In this document: piece after piece, positions 18,215 to 28,815 of the stretch
Numbering within the stretch: the stretch's first letter is position 1
Layout of the letters: every line of letters begins with the position of its first letter
NCBI GenBank assembly: GCA_041664585.1
Contig: JBAYKL010000002.1
Coordinates: 13,494 to 77,493 of the forward strand
Length of the DNA stretch: 64,000 bases
Reading direction: 5' to 3'
Source: Minisyncoccota bacterium
Lineage (GTDB): Bacteria; Patescibacteriota; Minisyncoccia; Phycocordibacterales; GWA1-40-21
Position numbers and translations under genes: made by a program
Notes under the pieces: generated by a model
What the model saw: only the letters and a program-made list of their open reading frames with translations
Databases searched by the model: none
What the model was told of the DNA's origin: nothing

Positions 18215-20677
18215 CTATATACAAGTCACAGAAGCAATTGAATCCCCTTCTCTTAATTTCATAATTCTAACACCTTGAGTTTGTCTTCCTAGTACAGGCA
18301 CCTCTTTTATTTCAACCCTTATAACCTGACTCTTTTTTGATATTGTAGCTATTTCTTCTTCATTTTCTGTAACAACCATAGAAGAAATTATCTCTCCTGT
18401 CTTCGGTGTAACTTTCATTGTCTTAATACCAGAACCACCACGATTTTGAACTTTGTATTCTTTTAGAGATGTTTTTTTACCATAACCATTTGAGCTTACT
18501 ACCAAGAATTCTGGATTTGTCATTTCTTTTTTAATAATATCGGTACCGACAACGAAATCTGCTTTACCAAGTTTAACACCTCTTACTCCAGCTGCATTTC
18601 TACCCATCACACGTATATCCTTTCCTTTGAATCTTATAGACTGTCCCTTTGATGTCGCAATAATTACTTCATCTGAATCAGTAAGGAAAAGTGCAGACTT
18701 TAATTCATCTCCAGCATCAAGAGAAATGGCAATAAGACCATTTCTTCTTACGTCCTTAAAGCTTTCCGCATCTACTCTTTTTGCTGTTCCATTCTTTGTA
18801 ACTAGAATTAGTGAAAGTTTCGCACTTTTTATCTCCTTAGGCATCACAAGAACAGAAGTTACTTTTTCTTCATTTGATATAGCAAGATAGTTTACGATCG
18901 ATTTACCTTTTGTAGCTCTTTTACCCTCAGGTAATTCATACATTTTTATTTGATATGCCTTTCCCTTATCAGTAAAGAATAGGATATCATTATGTGTTGA
19001 AGCTGTAACAAAGTGAGTAATGAAATCCTCTTCTTTTGTATCAAGATCTACAACACCAACGCCACCTCTCTTTTGTTTTTTGTATTCGTCTGGATTTGTT
19101 CTTTTAACATATCCTCCTGAAGTAAGCACGAGCATACTCTCTTCGTCGGCAATCAAATCTTCCTCGGAAAGAGCCACTACACCACCTTTGATAACCTTTG
19201 TTCTTCTTTCATCTCCATACTTTTCTTTTATTTCAGCAAGTTCAGCTTTGATTATTTGAACGATTCTTTTTGGTTTAAACAAAATGTCTTTCAAATCCTC
19301 TATGAGAGCTTGAACGGCTTTTAATTCATCCTCTATCTTCTTTCTTTCTAGACCAGCAAGTTTCTGCAAGCGCATTTCAAGAATTGCATTCGCCTGTATT
19401 TCAGAAAACTTAAACACCTTCATAAGTTGTAGACGTGCATCATCTACATCTTTTGATTTCTTAATGAGTTTTATAATCTCGTCTATATGATCAAGTGCTT
19501 TTTTGAGACCAAGTAAAATATGTTCTCTAGCCTCTGCCTTTTTCAAATCATATTCTGTTCTTCTTTTTACAACAATTTTTCTATGAGAAATAAATTCATC
19601 TAAAAATGTTTTTAGAGAGAGAGTTTTTGGAACACCATCAACAAGAGCCACTAAGTTAAAGTGAAATTTTTCTTCAAGCTGAGTGTGTTTGTATAAATAA
19701 TTTAGTACACTTTGTGGTTGAGCACCATTCTTAAGATCTATTGCGATACGAATATCTTTTGTAGATTCATCTCTAAGACCTTTTATACCTTCCACCTTCT
19801 TTTCTCTTACTAATTCAGCAATTGCAATAATAAGTTCAGCTTTATTTACTCTATAAGGGATAGAGGTAACAATTATTTGGAATTGTCCTTTTTTGTCTTC
19901 CACTATCTCGGCATGACCACGAGTAACAACCCCCCCTCTACCAGTAGCATAGGCATGACTGATATCTGATTGATTAAAAATCATTCCACCAGTTGGGAAA
20001 TCTGGGCCTTTTATAAATTGTAATAAATCTTCTGTTGTTGCGTCTTCATTGTCTATTAGGTGTACGGTGGCGTCTACAACTTCATTTAAGTTATGTGGTG
20101 GAATATTTGTAGCCATACCAACAGCGATACCAAGTGTTCCATTTAAAAGAAGATTCGGTGCAGCAGCAGGAAGAACTGATGGTTCTTTCTTTGTGTTGTC
20201 ATAGTTTGGATGCCAATCAACGGTTTCTTTTTCAAGATCCTTGAGCATTTCTCCAGAAATCTTAGACATCTTTGCCTCTGTATACCTCATAGCAGCAGCT
20301 GAGTCTCCATCGATGTTTCCGAAGTTACCTTGTCCTATAATAAGAGGATATCTGAAAGAAAAATCCTGTGCCATCTTTACCATAGAGTCATAAACAGCAA
20401 CATCACCATGTGGGTGATAATTACCAAGCACTTCTCCCACAACTGCAGCAGATTTTCTTGTTTTTGCTCCGGAAGTGAGATTCATCTGGCCCATAGCGAA
20501 AAGAATTCTTCTGTGTACAGGCTTAAGACCATCTCGAATATCAGGGAGAGCACGCTGTGTAATAACAGACATGGCATAGTCCAAATATGACTCCTTCATT
20601 TCAGTTATGATATTTCTATCTGAAAGCAATCGATGTTCAGTATTTATTTCCTTTTTCTCTTCTTTTTCTTTCGCCAT
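18215..20677 (-). CDS. gyrA: DNA gyrase subunit A
   Basis: [25 protein letters not shown] with the active-site Tyr region; C-terminal beta-pinwheel repeats; 820 aa. Confidence 0.95.
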   Translation of the reverse strand: MAKEKEEKKEINTEHRLLSDRNIITEMKESYLDYAMSVITQRALPDIRDGLKPVHRRILFAMGQMNLTSGAKTRKSAAVVGEVLGNYHPHGDVAVYDSMVKMAQDFSFRYPLIIGQGNFGNIDGDSAAAMRYTEAKMSKISGEMLKDLEKETVDWHPNYDNTKKEPSVLPAAAPNLLLNGTLGIAVGMATNIPPHNLNEVVDATVHLIDNEDATTEDLLQFIKGPDFPTGGMIFNQSDISHAYATGRGGVVTRGHAEIVEDKKGQFQIIVTSIPYRVNKAELIIAIAELVREKKVEGIKGLRDESTKDIRIAIDLKNGAQPQSVLNYLYKHTQLEEKFHFNLVALVDGVPKTLSLKTFLDEFISHRKIVVKRRTEYDLKKAEAREHILLGLKKALDHIDEIIKLIKKSKDVDDARLQLMKVFKFSEIQANAILEMRLQKLAGLERKKIEDELKAVQALIEDLKDILFKPKRIVQIIKAELAEIKEKYGDERRTKVIKGGVVALSEEDLIADEESMLVLTSGGYVKRTNPDEYKKQKRGGVGVVDLDTKEEDFITHFVTASTHNDILFFTDKGKAYQIKMYELPEGKRATKGKSIVNYLAISNEEKVTSVLVMPKEIKSAKLSLILVTKNGTAKRVDAESFKDVRRNGLIAISLDAGDELKSALFLTDSDEVIIATSKGQSIRFKGKDIRVMGRNAAGVRGVKLGKADFVVGTDIIKKEMTNPEFLVVSSNGYGKKTSLKEYKVQNRGGSGIKTMKVTPKTGEIISSMVVTENEEEIATISKKSQVIRVEIKEVPVLGRQTQGVRIMKLREGDSIASVTCI

Positions 20678-20700
20678 GGATTTTATTTGAATAAATTATT

Positions 20701-21348
20701 TTAAATATTTGCTGACAAAACAACAACCTCACCTTCCTTACCATCTAAATCTTTCTTCTTAATTGTAAGCTTGTCTATCGGTTTAACATTTTCTTCTCCA
20801 GCTTCTTTCAAATATTTCTTTAAAGCATCCTTATTACCAACATCACCGAAGTGCATTGGGATAATTATTTTAGGTTCTATTTCTACAGAAAGTTTTTCTG
20901 CTTTTACTGCATCAATTACTCCATCATCTCCAATCGGCAAAAAAAGTATATCTACATCTCCCAACGCTTCTTTTACCTCACTTGAAAGATTAATATCTGA
21001 AAGTGCACCGAGGAAACAAAGGTTCATGTTTTCAAGAGTTACAGAATAAATTGTATTTACTCTTTCTTTCCCCCCGTAATTAGACTTCGAACCGAAACCC
21101 TTTATAAAAATATCTTTTACCTCGTATTCTCCAGGGCCCGTTATAACAAAAGGCTCCTTCCCATTATAGGAAAGATTCTCAGATCCATTCATATCTGGGT
21201 TATTGATGCTTACCAAAGCAATATCTGCAAAAAAACGAGATGACTTAAATTTTGACTCTTTTGAAATCGGATTAAAAGCGAGGGTGGTATCGCCAAATTG
21301 AACCTTAAAAAATTCCACTCCTTGATAAGTGATGATCATATATGACAT
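20701..21348 (-). CDS. MBL-fold (UPF0173-like) protein lacking the HxHxDH metal motif
   Basis: N-terminal ITYQGVEFFKV and C-terminal IIIPMHFG resemble MBL-fold hydrolases, but the His motif is replaced by SINNPDMNGS. Confidence 0.45.
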   Translation of the reverse strand: MSYMIITYQGVEFFKVQFGDTTLAFNPISKESKFKSSRFFADIALVSINNPDMNGSENLSYNGKEPFVITGPGEYEVKDIFIKGFGSKSNYGGKERVNTIYSVTLENMNLCFLGALSDINLSSEVKEALGDVDILFLPIGDDGVIDAVKAEKLSVEIEPKIIIPMHFGDVGNKDALKKYLKEAGEENVKPIDKLTIKKKDLDGKEGEVVVLSANI

Positions 21349-21415
21349 ATTATATCATTTCTAAAGGCTTAAGCAACACAGAAAAAATGAGCTTATATTT
21401 TCCATCTGGATAAAT

Positions 21416-21985
21416 TTACATAACACAGCGAACAGATTGTGGGGACGTTTTATTAACAGTTAATATCTTATTAAGGGTGCGATTAAAAAAATAAGCAAAC
21501 ATTACGCCAAACTCATCACTAGTCCAATATCTAACATTCTGAAAAGTTGCCCCGGCCAAGAAAATTTCTTGTTTTGATGGTAATCTCCAGCCTTCACCCA
21601 ACCCATGACAATAAGCAACAGCAGAATCCCAGGTCATACTGCGATTAGGGTCCGGGGTTTGCCAATTTACCACCACGTATGAAGCACACGGTTCCACCGA
21701 ACACACAGTAATTGTATCAGTCAACAAAGGATAGTATGAGAGACTCGCAGATACTGAGCTTATAAAAGATTTGACTACCAAACTATTTATATTTACTGGA
21801 AATCCTCCTGTATCTGTAGCGTATAGCTGCAATGCACTTTTTACTTCATGTAAAGACACGTTAGCTGCTGCGGTCTTACTTCTCGCTCTAACACTACCAG
21901 CAGAAGAAAGCACAATAGATGACAAAAAAGAAATAATAGAAATAACAACCAGAAGCTCAATTAATGTAAAACCCTTTTTGTTCAT
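21416..21985 (-). CDS. type IV pilin-like protein with C-terminal DUF1566-like domain
   Basis: prepilin leader KKGFTLIELLVVISII; C-terminus WRLPSKQEI resembles DUF1566/Lcl-like. Confidence 0.65.
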   Translation of the reverse strand: MNKKGFTLIELLVVISIISFLSSIVLSSAGSVRARSKTAAANVSLHEVKSALQLYATDTGGFPVNINSLVVKSFISSVSASLSYYPLLTDTITVCSVEPCASYVVVNWQTPDPNRSMTWDSAVAYCHGLGEGWRLPSKQEIFLAGATFQNVRYWTSDEFGVMFAYFFNRTLNKILTVNKTSPQSVRCVM

Positions 21986-22056
21986 TAAATTAATTATACC
22001 AGATTTTTATAAGTAACAAAAAACCGAGCAATATTTTCATACCACTCGGTTTAAAT

Positions 22057-22458
22057 TCATTGTATTTCCTTATCTGGAAACCACTTTTTTGTTTTGGCAA
22101 CACGGTGGTTTCTGAGATCATCGAGAATCATCTCGATGAGACCCAAACTAATGTAAGTGGACTCATCTAACACTGGCTTCTCTATCAAACCCATTATGTG
22201 ATTAACAAAACCCTCACCAGAAGAGCTATGCTCCCCAAAATGATGAGCCGTCTCAAACAGCTCTCGAACACCTTCTAATACCTTCCTTTCATTTCTAAAT
22301 GGGAATTCAGAGGTGAACAATGTCCTGAGATTATCTTGTGAACCAGTGGTGATGACGAAGAAAAATCCGCCACTACCACCCTCTTGCCCAATAATAATCT
22401 CAAGATCAGCCTGATTCTTTAAAATTTCAAAAGCAGTAGACTTCTTCAACCCAAACAT
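22057..22458 (-). CDS. hypothetical protein
   Basis: 133-aa ORF with coding-like composition; no recognisable motif. Confidence 0.4.
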   Translation of the reverse strand: MFGLKKSTAFEILKNQADLEIIIGQEGGSGGFFFVITTGSQDNLRTLFTSEFPFRNERKVLEGVRELFETAHHFGEHSSSGEGFVNHIMGLIEKPVLDESTYISLGLIEMILDDLRNHRVAKTKKWFPDKEIQ

Positions 22459-22681
22459 ATTTGTAACCTTTCCAAATTTTAACCTATCCGCCTCATAGTA
22501 AATACCATTTAGTCATATTTGTCAATCCTTTACAACATCAAATATTCCTGTATTATTTCCCTATTAATAGCGGTTGCGCATTAAGATAATCTCGGTCATC
22601 AGAAAACACTAGATTTGGAAGATGAACGAACCTTATTGAGCAAAAACAAATGTGTCCGCCACAAGCGGATTTTTAATTATT

Positions 22682-23797
22682 ATGAAAGAAAAAAAAGTAA
22701 AAGTAGTTGATCCAGCAGTTGAAGAAGCTGCGAAGATTAAAGCAAATAGCGTGATGTCAAAGTTTTTCAATGACACCAAGAACCCTCCAGTAGACGGAGA
22801 AGTCGTTGAAGGAAAAGTTATTGGTATTGAAAAATCAAGAGTATATGTAGACTTACAACCATACGGAACAGGTCTTATATATGGTAAAGAATTCATCACA
22901 GCAAGAGACGTTATCAAGAAATTAAACATCGGAGACACTGTATCTGCAAAGGTTGTAGATGCAAATGGTAGAGATGGTTATATTGAAATTTCACTTAAGG
23001 AAGCTAGACAAGCCCTTATTTGGGATGAGGCTGAAAAAGCTATCAAAGACAAAACAATATTTGAAATCCTTGTAAAAGAAGCAAACAAAGGAGGTCTTAT
23101 GATGGAATGGCAAGGTATTGTTGGTTTCTTACCAGCATCTCAACTTAAAGCTGAACACTATCCAAAGATAGATGATGGAGATAAAGATAAGATTATAGAT
23201 GAATTGAAAAAACTCGTTGGTCAAAAGATTGCTGTTGCAATAATCACAGCTTCACCGAAAGAAGGTAAGCTAATATTCTCAGAAAAGAATATTGAAAAGA
23301 AAGAGAAGCAGAAAATGGCAAGCAAATACAATGTTGGTGATGTCCTAGATGGAGAAATCACTGGTACAGTAGACTTCGGAGTATTCGTAAAGCTTGAGGA
23401 CGGACTAGAAGGACTTGTACATATTTCAGAAATTGACTGGGCACTTGTAGAAGATCCAAAGACATTATTCAAATCTGGAGATAAACTTAAGGTAAAAGTA
23501 ATAGAAGTAAAAGACGGAAAAGTTTCACTTTCTATTAAAGCACTCAAAACAAATCCTTGGGTTGAAGCAGAAAAGAAATATAAGAAAGGTGACGAAGTAG
23601 AAGCTGTTGTTATCAAATTCAACAAATACGGCGCACTCGCAAGTATTGAAGAAGGAGTAGCAGGACTTGTACATATTTCAGACTTCGGTGGAGAAGCTAA
23701 AATGAAAGAGAAGATTAGCTTAGGTAAAAGCTATACTTTCAAAATAAATCTTTTTGAAGCTAAGAATCAAAAGATGGGATTGAGCTTTGTAAAATAA
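22682..23797 (+). CDS. rpsA: 30S ribosomal protein S1 (short, about 4 S1 domains)
   Basis: repeated S1 domains (GDVLDGEITGTVDFGVFVKLEDGLEGLVHISEI and others); start likely at MKEKK at 22682. Confidence 0.8.
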   Translation: MKEKKVKVVDPAVEEAAKIKANSVMSKFFNDTKNPPVDGEVVEGKVIGIEKSRVYVDLQPYGTGLIYGKEFITARDVIKKLNIGDTVSAKVVDANGRDGYIEISLKEARQALIWDEAEKAIKDKTIFEILVKEANKGGLMMEWQGIVGFLPASQLKAEHYPKIDDGDKDKIIDELKKLVGQKIAVAIITASPKEGKLIFSEKNIEKKEKQKMASKYNVGDVLDGEITGTVDFGVFVKLEDGLEGLVHISEIDWALVEDPKTLFKSGDKLKVKVIEVKDGKVSLSIKALKTNPWVEAEKKYKKGDEVEAVVIKFNKYGALASIEEGVAGLVHISDFGGEAKMKEKISLGKSYTFKINLFEAKNQKMGLSFVK

Positions 23798-23810
23798 AAT
23801 TACTAGCACA

Positions 23811-23848
23811 AAAAAACAGGTCTTGCAAAGCAAGACCTGTTTTTTTGT
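23811..23848. terminator. bidirectional intrinsic terminator
   Basis: aaaaaaacaggtcttgcaaagcaagacctgttttttt between convergent genes. Confidence 0.7.
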
Positions 23849-23856
23849 ATATTTAT

Positions 23857-24396
23857 TTATTTTTTAGCTGCTTTCTTTTTAGCAACAACGACTTTCGCCT
23901 TTGGCTTTTTATCTGCAACTTTTACCTCTGCTTTCTTTTCCTTAACTTCAACAGGTTTTGAAGCTGGTTTTGACATAAGTTCAATTGATTTTACCAAAGC
24001 ATCTAATTTCATGCTTATAGCTTCCAACTGTTTCTTTACGCCATCATCACTTCCTCTGTTTGCGCTAGGAGCGAAATCATTTCTCGCTGGTCTTCCAGCA
24101 TCGAAACTCTTTCTTGGGAATCTATCTCCTCCTCTGTCTCCAGATTCTTTCTTTCCTCCAAAGCATTCATTACAGTAAACTGGCTTTCCTTCTGTTGGAC
24201 GAAAAGGAACTTCGCAAGGTTTGTGACATTGGTCACAAGTAGCTTGGTGCATAGTGACAGGACCTCTGTCTCCACCAAAACCTCCTCTGCTACCTCCAAA
24301 GCTTGATCTGCCTCCATCTCTTCTTCCCCCTCCGAATCCACCTCTACTACCTCCACCAAAACGGCTTCCTCCTCCTTCTCTTCTAAATTCTCCCAT
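23857..24396 (-). CDS. RGG-rich / CxxC zinc-ribbon / lysine-rich-tail protein (putative nucleic-acid binding)
   Basis: N-terminal (G)nR(G)n repeats, CDQCHKPC...YCNEC zinc ribbon, C-terminal KKPKAKVVVAKKKAAKK tail. Confidence 0.5.
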   Translation of the reverse strand: MGEFRREGGGSRFGGGSRGGFGGGRRDGGRSSFGGSRGGFGGDRGPVTMHQATCDQCHKPCEVPFRPTEGKPVYCNECFGGKKESGDRGGDRFPRKSFDAGRPARNDFAPSANRGSDDGVKKQLEAISMKLDALVKSIELMSKPASKPVEVKEKKAEVKVADKKPKAKVVVAKKKAAKK

Positions 24397-24471
24397 ATAA
24401 ATATTTATATTAGTTAATTATGATAATACAAGATTATGCACTATTTTTGATAAAAAAGCAAGAGCCAGAAA

Positions 24472-25932
24472 CTATTTATCCAAATCTAGAATATGATCAA
24501 TGCGTATCTTACTCACAAAGTCAGGTACGTGGCTTACTACAATCATCGCTCCTTCATATTTGCTTAGGGCCTCGGCAATCACAGGAATGTGACGAAAATT
24601 AATATGATTTGTGGGCTCATCAAGAATAAGAAGACCTGGTTTTTGTAAAACAAGTCTAGCAAAAGCCACAAGACCTTTTTGTCCTTCAGACAAATCCCCT
24701 ATTTTATTACTCATTGATTCTGCTTTTATAAGAAAACCAGAAGCTACGCCCCTCACTGTTTCTTCAGGAATTTTTTCATCTACTTCAGAGAGAGACTTTA
24801 AAACAGTGTCCTCAAAATTAAGAGTAGAAAAATCTTGTCTATAATATCCAATTATTATTCCAGGGGCTATTTTTGTACCTTCTGCTTCGTTCTTTGCAAT
24901 CGATTCTAAAAGAGTACTCTTACCAATACCATTTGGACCAACAAGTAAAAGATGTTGATTCTTCTTCAACTTCATATTAGCCTTTCTTTGTACTGGCTTA
25001 TGATTTTTGAAAGTCTTAAAGGACGATATACTTACAATTTCTCCCAGAATATCTTTCTGCGCAGGAATTATAAAAGGTCTAATTGTTTTGTCCTCCTTTC
25101 TTGTATCTACAATATCATCTTCAAGCTCTTCTGCTTTTTCTCTCATTCTTTTTGCAACCATACGCATCTGTCCTCCTTTCATCGCAAAGAAGTTTGCTTT
25201 ATCTTTATTTTCTTGGATCTCTTTTGCAAGCTGAGCATTCTTTCTGTTTTCTTTTTCCTGACGGATAGTAATTTGTTCACGAACATCAAAATAGTTTCCT
25301 ACATACTGTTCAATCTTTCTTGTATAAACATCGAGATATAAGACCCCATCAGTAAAGCTATTCAAAAACTCTGCATCGTGAGAAATTACTATACATGTTT
25401 TTTTATATTCAATTAAAAACTTAGTTAGATGTTCTATCCCCGCCTTGTCCAAATTATTTGTCGGCTCATCGAGAAGAAGTAAATCTGGACTTTGTATAAG
25501 TGCTGAAGCTAAGAGAAGTCTTGCTTGCTGACCACCAGAAAAAGCTCTCATTTTTCTTTCATGTATTTTTTCATGACCTTTCAAATTTACCACCTCAAGT
25601 ATTTCATCTATTTTTACATCGATATCATATTTCTTTTCTTTGAAAGATTTCTGAAAGAATTCTCTTACGGTAAGATCAAGGTCGTCTCTGGGAATAACCT
25701 GACGAGAGATTGCAATAGAAACACCGTTTACTACATTGATATTGCCGTCTGTAGGCTCCAGAGCTCCTGTGACAAGCTTAAACAAGGTGCTTTTACCAGA
25801 ACCATTCTGTCCCATAATAGTAGTCTTCGTGCCACGACGAATAGAAAAATCCACCTCACTCAAGAGGGGTCTATTATCCGAGTACCCAAATGATACTTTT
25901 TCAAATCTAAGTATTGATTCGTCTTTTGCCAT
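24472..25932 (-). CDS. ABC-F family ATPase (tandem NBDs, no TMD)
   Basis: two Walker A sites (GQNGSGKST and GPNGIGKST), two LSGG-like signatures, and a charged inter-domain linker. Confidence 0.85.
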   Translation of the reverse strand: MAKDESILRFEKVSFGYSDNRPLLSEVDFSIRRGTKTTIMGQNGSGKSTLFKLVTGALEPTDGNINVVNGVSIAISRQVIPRDDLDLTVREFFQKSFKEKKYDIDVKIDEILEVVNLKGHEKIHERKMRAFSGGQQARLLLASALIQSPDLLLLDEPTNNLDKAGIEHLTKFLIEYKKTCIVISHDAEFLNSFTDGVLYLDVYTRKIEQYVGNYFDVREQITIRQEKENRKNAQLAKEIQENKDKANFFAMKGGQMRMVAKRMREKAEELEDDIVDTRKEDKTIRPFIIPAQKDILGEIVSISSFKTFKNHKPVQRKANMKLKKNQHLLLVGPNGIGKSTLLESIAKNEAEGTKIAPGIIIGYYRQDFSTLNFEDTVLKSLSEVDEKIPEETVRGVASGFLIKAESMSNKIGDLSEGQKGLVAFARLVLQKPGLLILDEPTNHINFRHIPVIAEALSKYEGAMIVVSHVPDFVSKIRIDHILDLDK

Positions 25933-25983
25933 TCACTAGAGGATACTTTATTTTTGATAAAATAGAAAGGGATATAATCAAAA

Positions 25984-26916
25984 CTAAATTCTCGATTCAA
26001 AGAACTCCTCTACCGCTTGAGAAGTAAAGAAAGCTGCTCTTTCTATAAAATTATTTCTTAATACTGGATTCTGCATAAAATCTTCGTATATATAAGCATA
26101 CTCAATAAGTACGCTCAAAGAATCTGATGTATTGTAACTACCTAAGGCTATAAGTTCTTGATCTTCAATAACCCCAGCGCTTTCCTCTTTCATTGTACTT
26201 ACCTTTTGCACCTTGGATATTTCATCCTTTAAGTCATTGGCCAAAATTTTACTTGATGTTGAATTAGAATATTGTTTTTCTGGTACATATATAGAAAAAC
26301 CTTCGTAATTTGGTTTACCTTTGTATTTTGGATTATCATTGAAATGCAAGTGTATTGCTATATCAATCTTGTTATCTGCACTCCACTTATTTATTCCGTA
26401 CAAAAATACTGCAGAATTCAAAGGAGCAGTAGAATGTCCCATCTTTGCATTTACTATATTAAACTTCCCACTATCGACGAGCTTAAACATCTCGTCTTTC
26501 ATACTTTTTACCCAAGACAAAATTCCATCTCTATTACTATTTACATATTTTTCTAAATCTGAATTCCAACCATTAAAATTCCTTGAGGTTATAATCTCAA
26601 ACTTTTTATTCTCCCCTAAAATACCCTTAATCTTTTCAGATATTAATAGATTCAAGTCTCTTTCTTTCAACATCCCGTATTCTGAACCTCCAAAATTTGG
26701 TTCATGACCGGGCACTAACAATATCTTTATCTTTTTATGATCTTCATTACTTTTATATTTCTCAACCAAATCTTTTACGCTAATACCCATAGAAAAAAAG
26801 GCCGCCGCTTGGTTTTTTATTTTCCATAAATATGGAGTTATAGAATTTCTTGTGCTATAGAAAAATACAACACAAAGAAGAACAACTAACCCAGAAATTA
26901 AAATCTTTTTCATCAT
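25984..26916 (-). CDS. N-acetylmuramoyl-L-alanine amidase (Amidase_3)
   Basis: N-terminal TM/signal; HEPNFGG and IDIAIHLHFND resemble the Amidase_3 zinc site. Confidence 0.6.
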   Translation of the reverse strand: MMKKILISGLVVLLCVVFFYSTRNSITPYLWKIKNQAAAFFSMGISVKDLVEKYKSNEDHKKIKILLVPGHEPNFGGSEYGMLKERDLNLLISEKIKGILGENKKFEIITSRNFNGWNSDLEKYVNSNRDGILSWVKSMKDEMFKLVDSGKFNIVNAKMGHSTAPLNSAVFLYGINKWSADNKIDIAIHLHFNDNPKYKGKPNYEGFSIYVPEKQYSNSTSSKILANDLKDEISKVQKVSTMKEESAGVIEDQELIALGSYNTSDSLSVLIEYAYIYEDFMQNPVLRNNFIERAAFFTSQAVEEFFESRI

Positions 26917-27314
26917 TAATTATTTATTAATACTAAAACATACTTCATAAAAATCAAAATCCCCACGACAACAGCAACGATAGCTGAAAGTAATACGGCA
27001 CCAGCAGCAACGTCTTTTGTATCTCTAGCATAAGGATGATATTCAGGAGAAGTAAGGTCAATATCTATTTCAATGGCTGTATTAAAGGCTTCGGACACAA
27101 AAACAAAACCACTTACTAATATAAGTATCGCCCATTCAATATTTGTAATATTGAAATAAAAACCTAAAAAGATGACTGCAATAAATAAAACAATATGAAT
27201 CCAAGCATTGTGGGTTGTTTTTATAAAGATCTTTAATCCTCTACCAGCATGAGCAAAACTTTCTTTTCTTTTAATGATTGAGAATCTTTTATTTTCATCT
27301 GACTCGTCTTTCAT
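26916..27314 (-). CDS. dgkA: diacylglycerol/undecaprenol kinase
   Basis: SFAHAGRGL, EAFNTAIEIDIDL and KDVAAGAVL motifs with 3 TM helices; ATGA start/stop overlap with the downstream gene. Confidence 0.8.
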   Translation of the reverse strand: MKDESDENKRFSIIKRKESFAHAGRGLKIFIKTTHNAWIHIVLFIAVIFLGFYFNITNIEWAILILVSGFVFVSEAFNTAIEIDIDLTSPEYHPYARDTKDVAAGAVLLSAIVAVVVGILIFMKYVLVLINN

Positions 27315-27429
27315 AATTTAATTATAACATAGACACTCAGTCTCTTGGAAATTTAATGGGGTTTAATAATGCAAATTAAACTTGAAATTATTCAATAATT
27401 AAGATATTCTATCAAAACAAGCCAAACAT

Positions 27430-27503
27430 TGGGGGATCGTCTAATGGTAGGACGCTCGCCTTTGGCGCGAAGAATCGGGGTTCGAGTCCCTGTCCCCCAG
27501 CCA
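27430..27503 (+). tRNA. tRNA-Gln (anticodon TTG)
   Basis: U1-A72 acceptor (TGGGGGA/TCCCCCA), anticodon loop CTTTGGC, T-loop GGTTCGAGTCC, encoded CCA. Confidence 0.8.
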
Positions 27504-27562
27504 ACTCATGCGTAGCTCGAGACGCATTTGAGCTTTAAAAGCTAATTTTAGAAAACATAAAT

Positions 27563-28183
27563 ATGGCATCAAATAATGTTCCCTATATGTCAGCTCCAGG
27601 TTCTATAGTTAAAATTTTAGAAAAAATAAAAGAAGCTGGAACTCCTGAAAACTTTAACGCTGATTTTTTATCAACCAAACTTGGGTTTAAGGGAGGTAAT
27701 TACAGAACCTTCATTTCGTGGGCTAAAAAAGCTGCACTATTAAATAGTGATGGAACACCTACCCAACTTTATAAAAAATTTAGAAACCCCACAACTTCAA
27801 AAAGTAGTTTTGCTCAAGCTATTAGAAATGCATACCCAGAACTTTATTCAAGAAATGAATACTGTCATGACCTCGACAAAAAAGGTTTTAAAGGATTAGT
27901 TATGGAGGCAACGGGTGAAGCACATGATTCTAAAATAGTTGATAATATAGTATCAACTTTCTTCAACGCAAAATCCCTAGCTGATTTTGATAGTAAAATC
28001 GATGCACCATTGGAAGAACCAATTTTGGAGGGAAAAAAAGAAGTTAATGAAACTAATACATCAAATAAAAAAATAAATTTAGGATTAAATTACACTATTA
28101 ATTTAGTTCTCCCTAAAACTGATGACCCTTCGGTTTATAATGCAATATTTAAATCACTTCGAGATAATCTTCTAAAAGATTAA
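27563..28183 (+). CDS. hypothetical protein (island gene A)
   Basis: 206 aa; immediately downstream of tRNA-Gln; 3-nt gap to gene B. Confidence 0.5.
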   Translation: MASNNVPYMSAPGSIVKILEKIKEAGTPENFNADFLSTKLGFKGGNYRTFISWAKKAALLNSDGTPTQLYKKFRNPTTSKSSFAQAIRNAYPELYSRNEYCHDLDKKGFKGLVMEATGEAHDSKIVDNIVSTFFNAKSLADFDSKIDAPLEEPILEGKKEVNETNTSNKKINLGLNYTINLVLPKTDDPSVYNAIFKSLRDNLLKD

Positions 28184-28186
28184 TTT

Positions 28187-28765
28187 ATGAACGATGAGTC
28201 AAATATAAAATTATTTGTTTTAGCTAATTCTTTAACTGAGAATAATTTAGATATGGTTGAACATAACCATAATATAGATTTGGGAAGAAAAGAACAAGCA
28301 CCTACTAAAGAGCAAGATTACTATGCTCAATTTGATTCTGTATTCAGGAAAGAAGCAAGAGAAATGTCGAAACACTATGAAGTTTTTTACTGTCTTGAAA
28401 AGTCAATTAGAAATCTTGTTGTGCAATTAATGTTTGAAAAGTATGGTGAAAATTGGTGGGAAGATAAAGTAAAAGAAGATATAAAGAATAATGTTAAAGA
28501 TAATATTCAAAAAGAAATCGAATCTGGTTTTACAGAAAGATCTCAATCTAATATTGACTATACAACTTTTGGGGAATTAACCGAAATTGTAAAAAATAAC
28601 TGGGAAGCATTCTCTGGATTATTTAGGGACGTTAAAGCTTTTTCAAAAATCATGAGTAGTTTAAATCAGTTGCGTGGACCTATTGCACATTGTTGCCCAT
28701 TAGCAGAAGATGAGGCTGTGCGTCTTAATTTGGTAGTAAAGGATTGGTTTAGATTAATGGAATAG
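28187..28765 (+). CDS. HEPN-like protein with Rx4H motif (island gene B; putative RNase/abortive-infection-type)
   Basis: C-terminal LNQLRGPIAHCCP fits the HEPN Rx4-6H signature in a predicted helical domain (Swt1/Abi-like pattern). Confidence 0.4.
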   Translation: MNDESNIKLFVLANSLTENNLDMVEHNHNIDLGRKEQAPTKEQDYYAQFDSVFRKEAREMSKHYEVFYCLEKSIRNLVVQLMFEKYGENWWEDKVKEDIKNNVKDNIQKEIESGFTERSQSNIDYTTFGELTEIVKNNWEAFSGLFRDVKAFSKIMSSLNQLRGPIAHCCPLAEDEAVRLNLVVKDWFRLME

Positions 28766-28815
28766 GTTTAGATTTTATCTAGTAAAAAAACGTGCATTAC
28801 TAGTATAATAAAATT

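Noticed and set aside
24036-24359. 107-aa acidic ORF (EEEMEAD...) in another frame on the same strand inside the RGG/zinc-ribbon gene
   Set aside because: It is a frame artefact of the GGN/AGA-rich repeat codons; the other-frame RGG protein has the coherent domain structure
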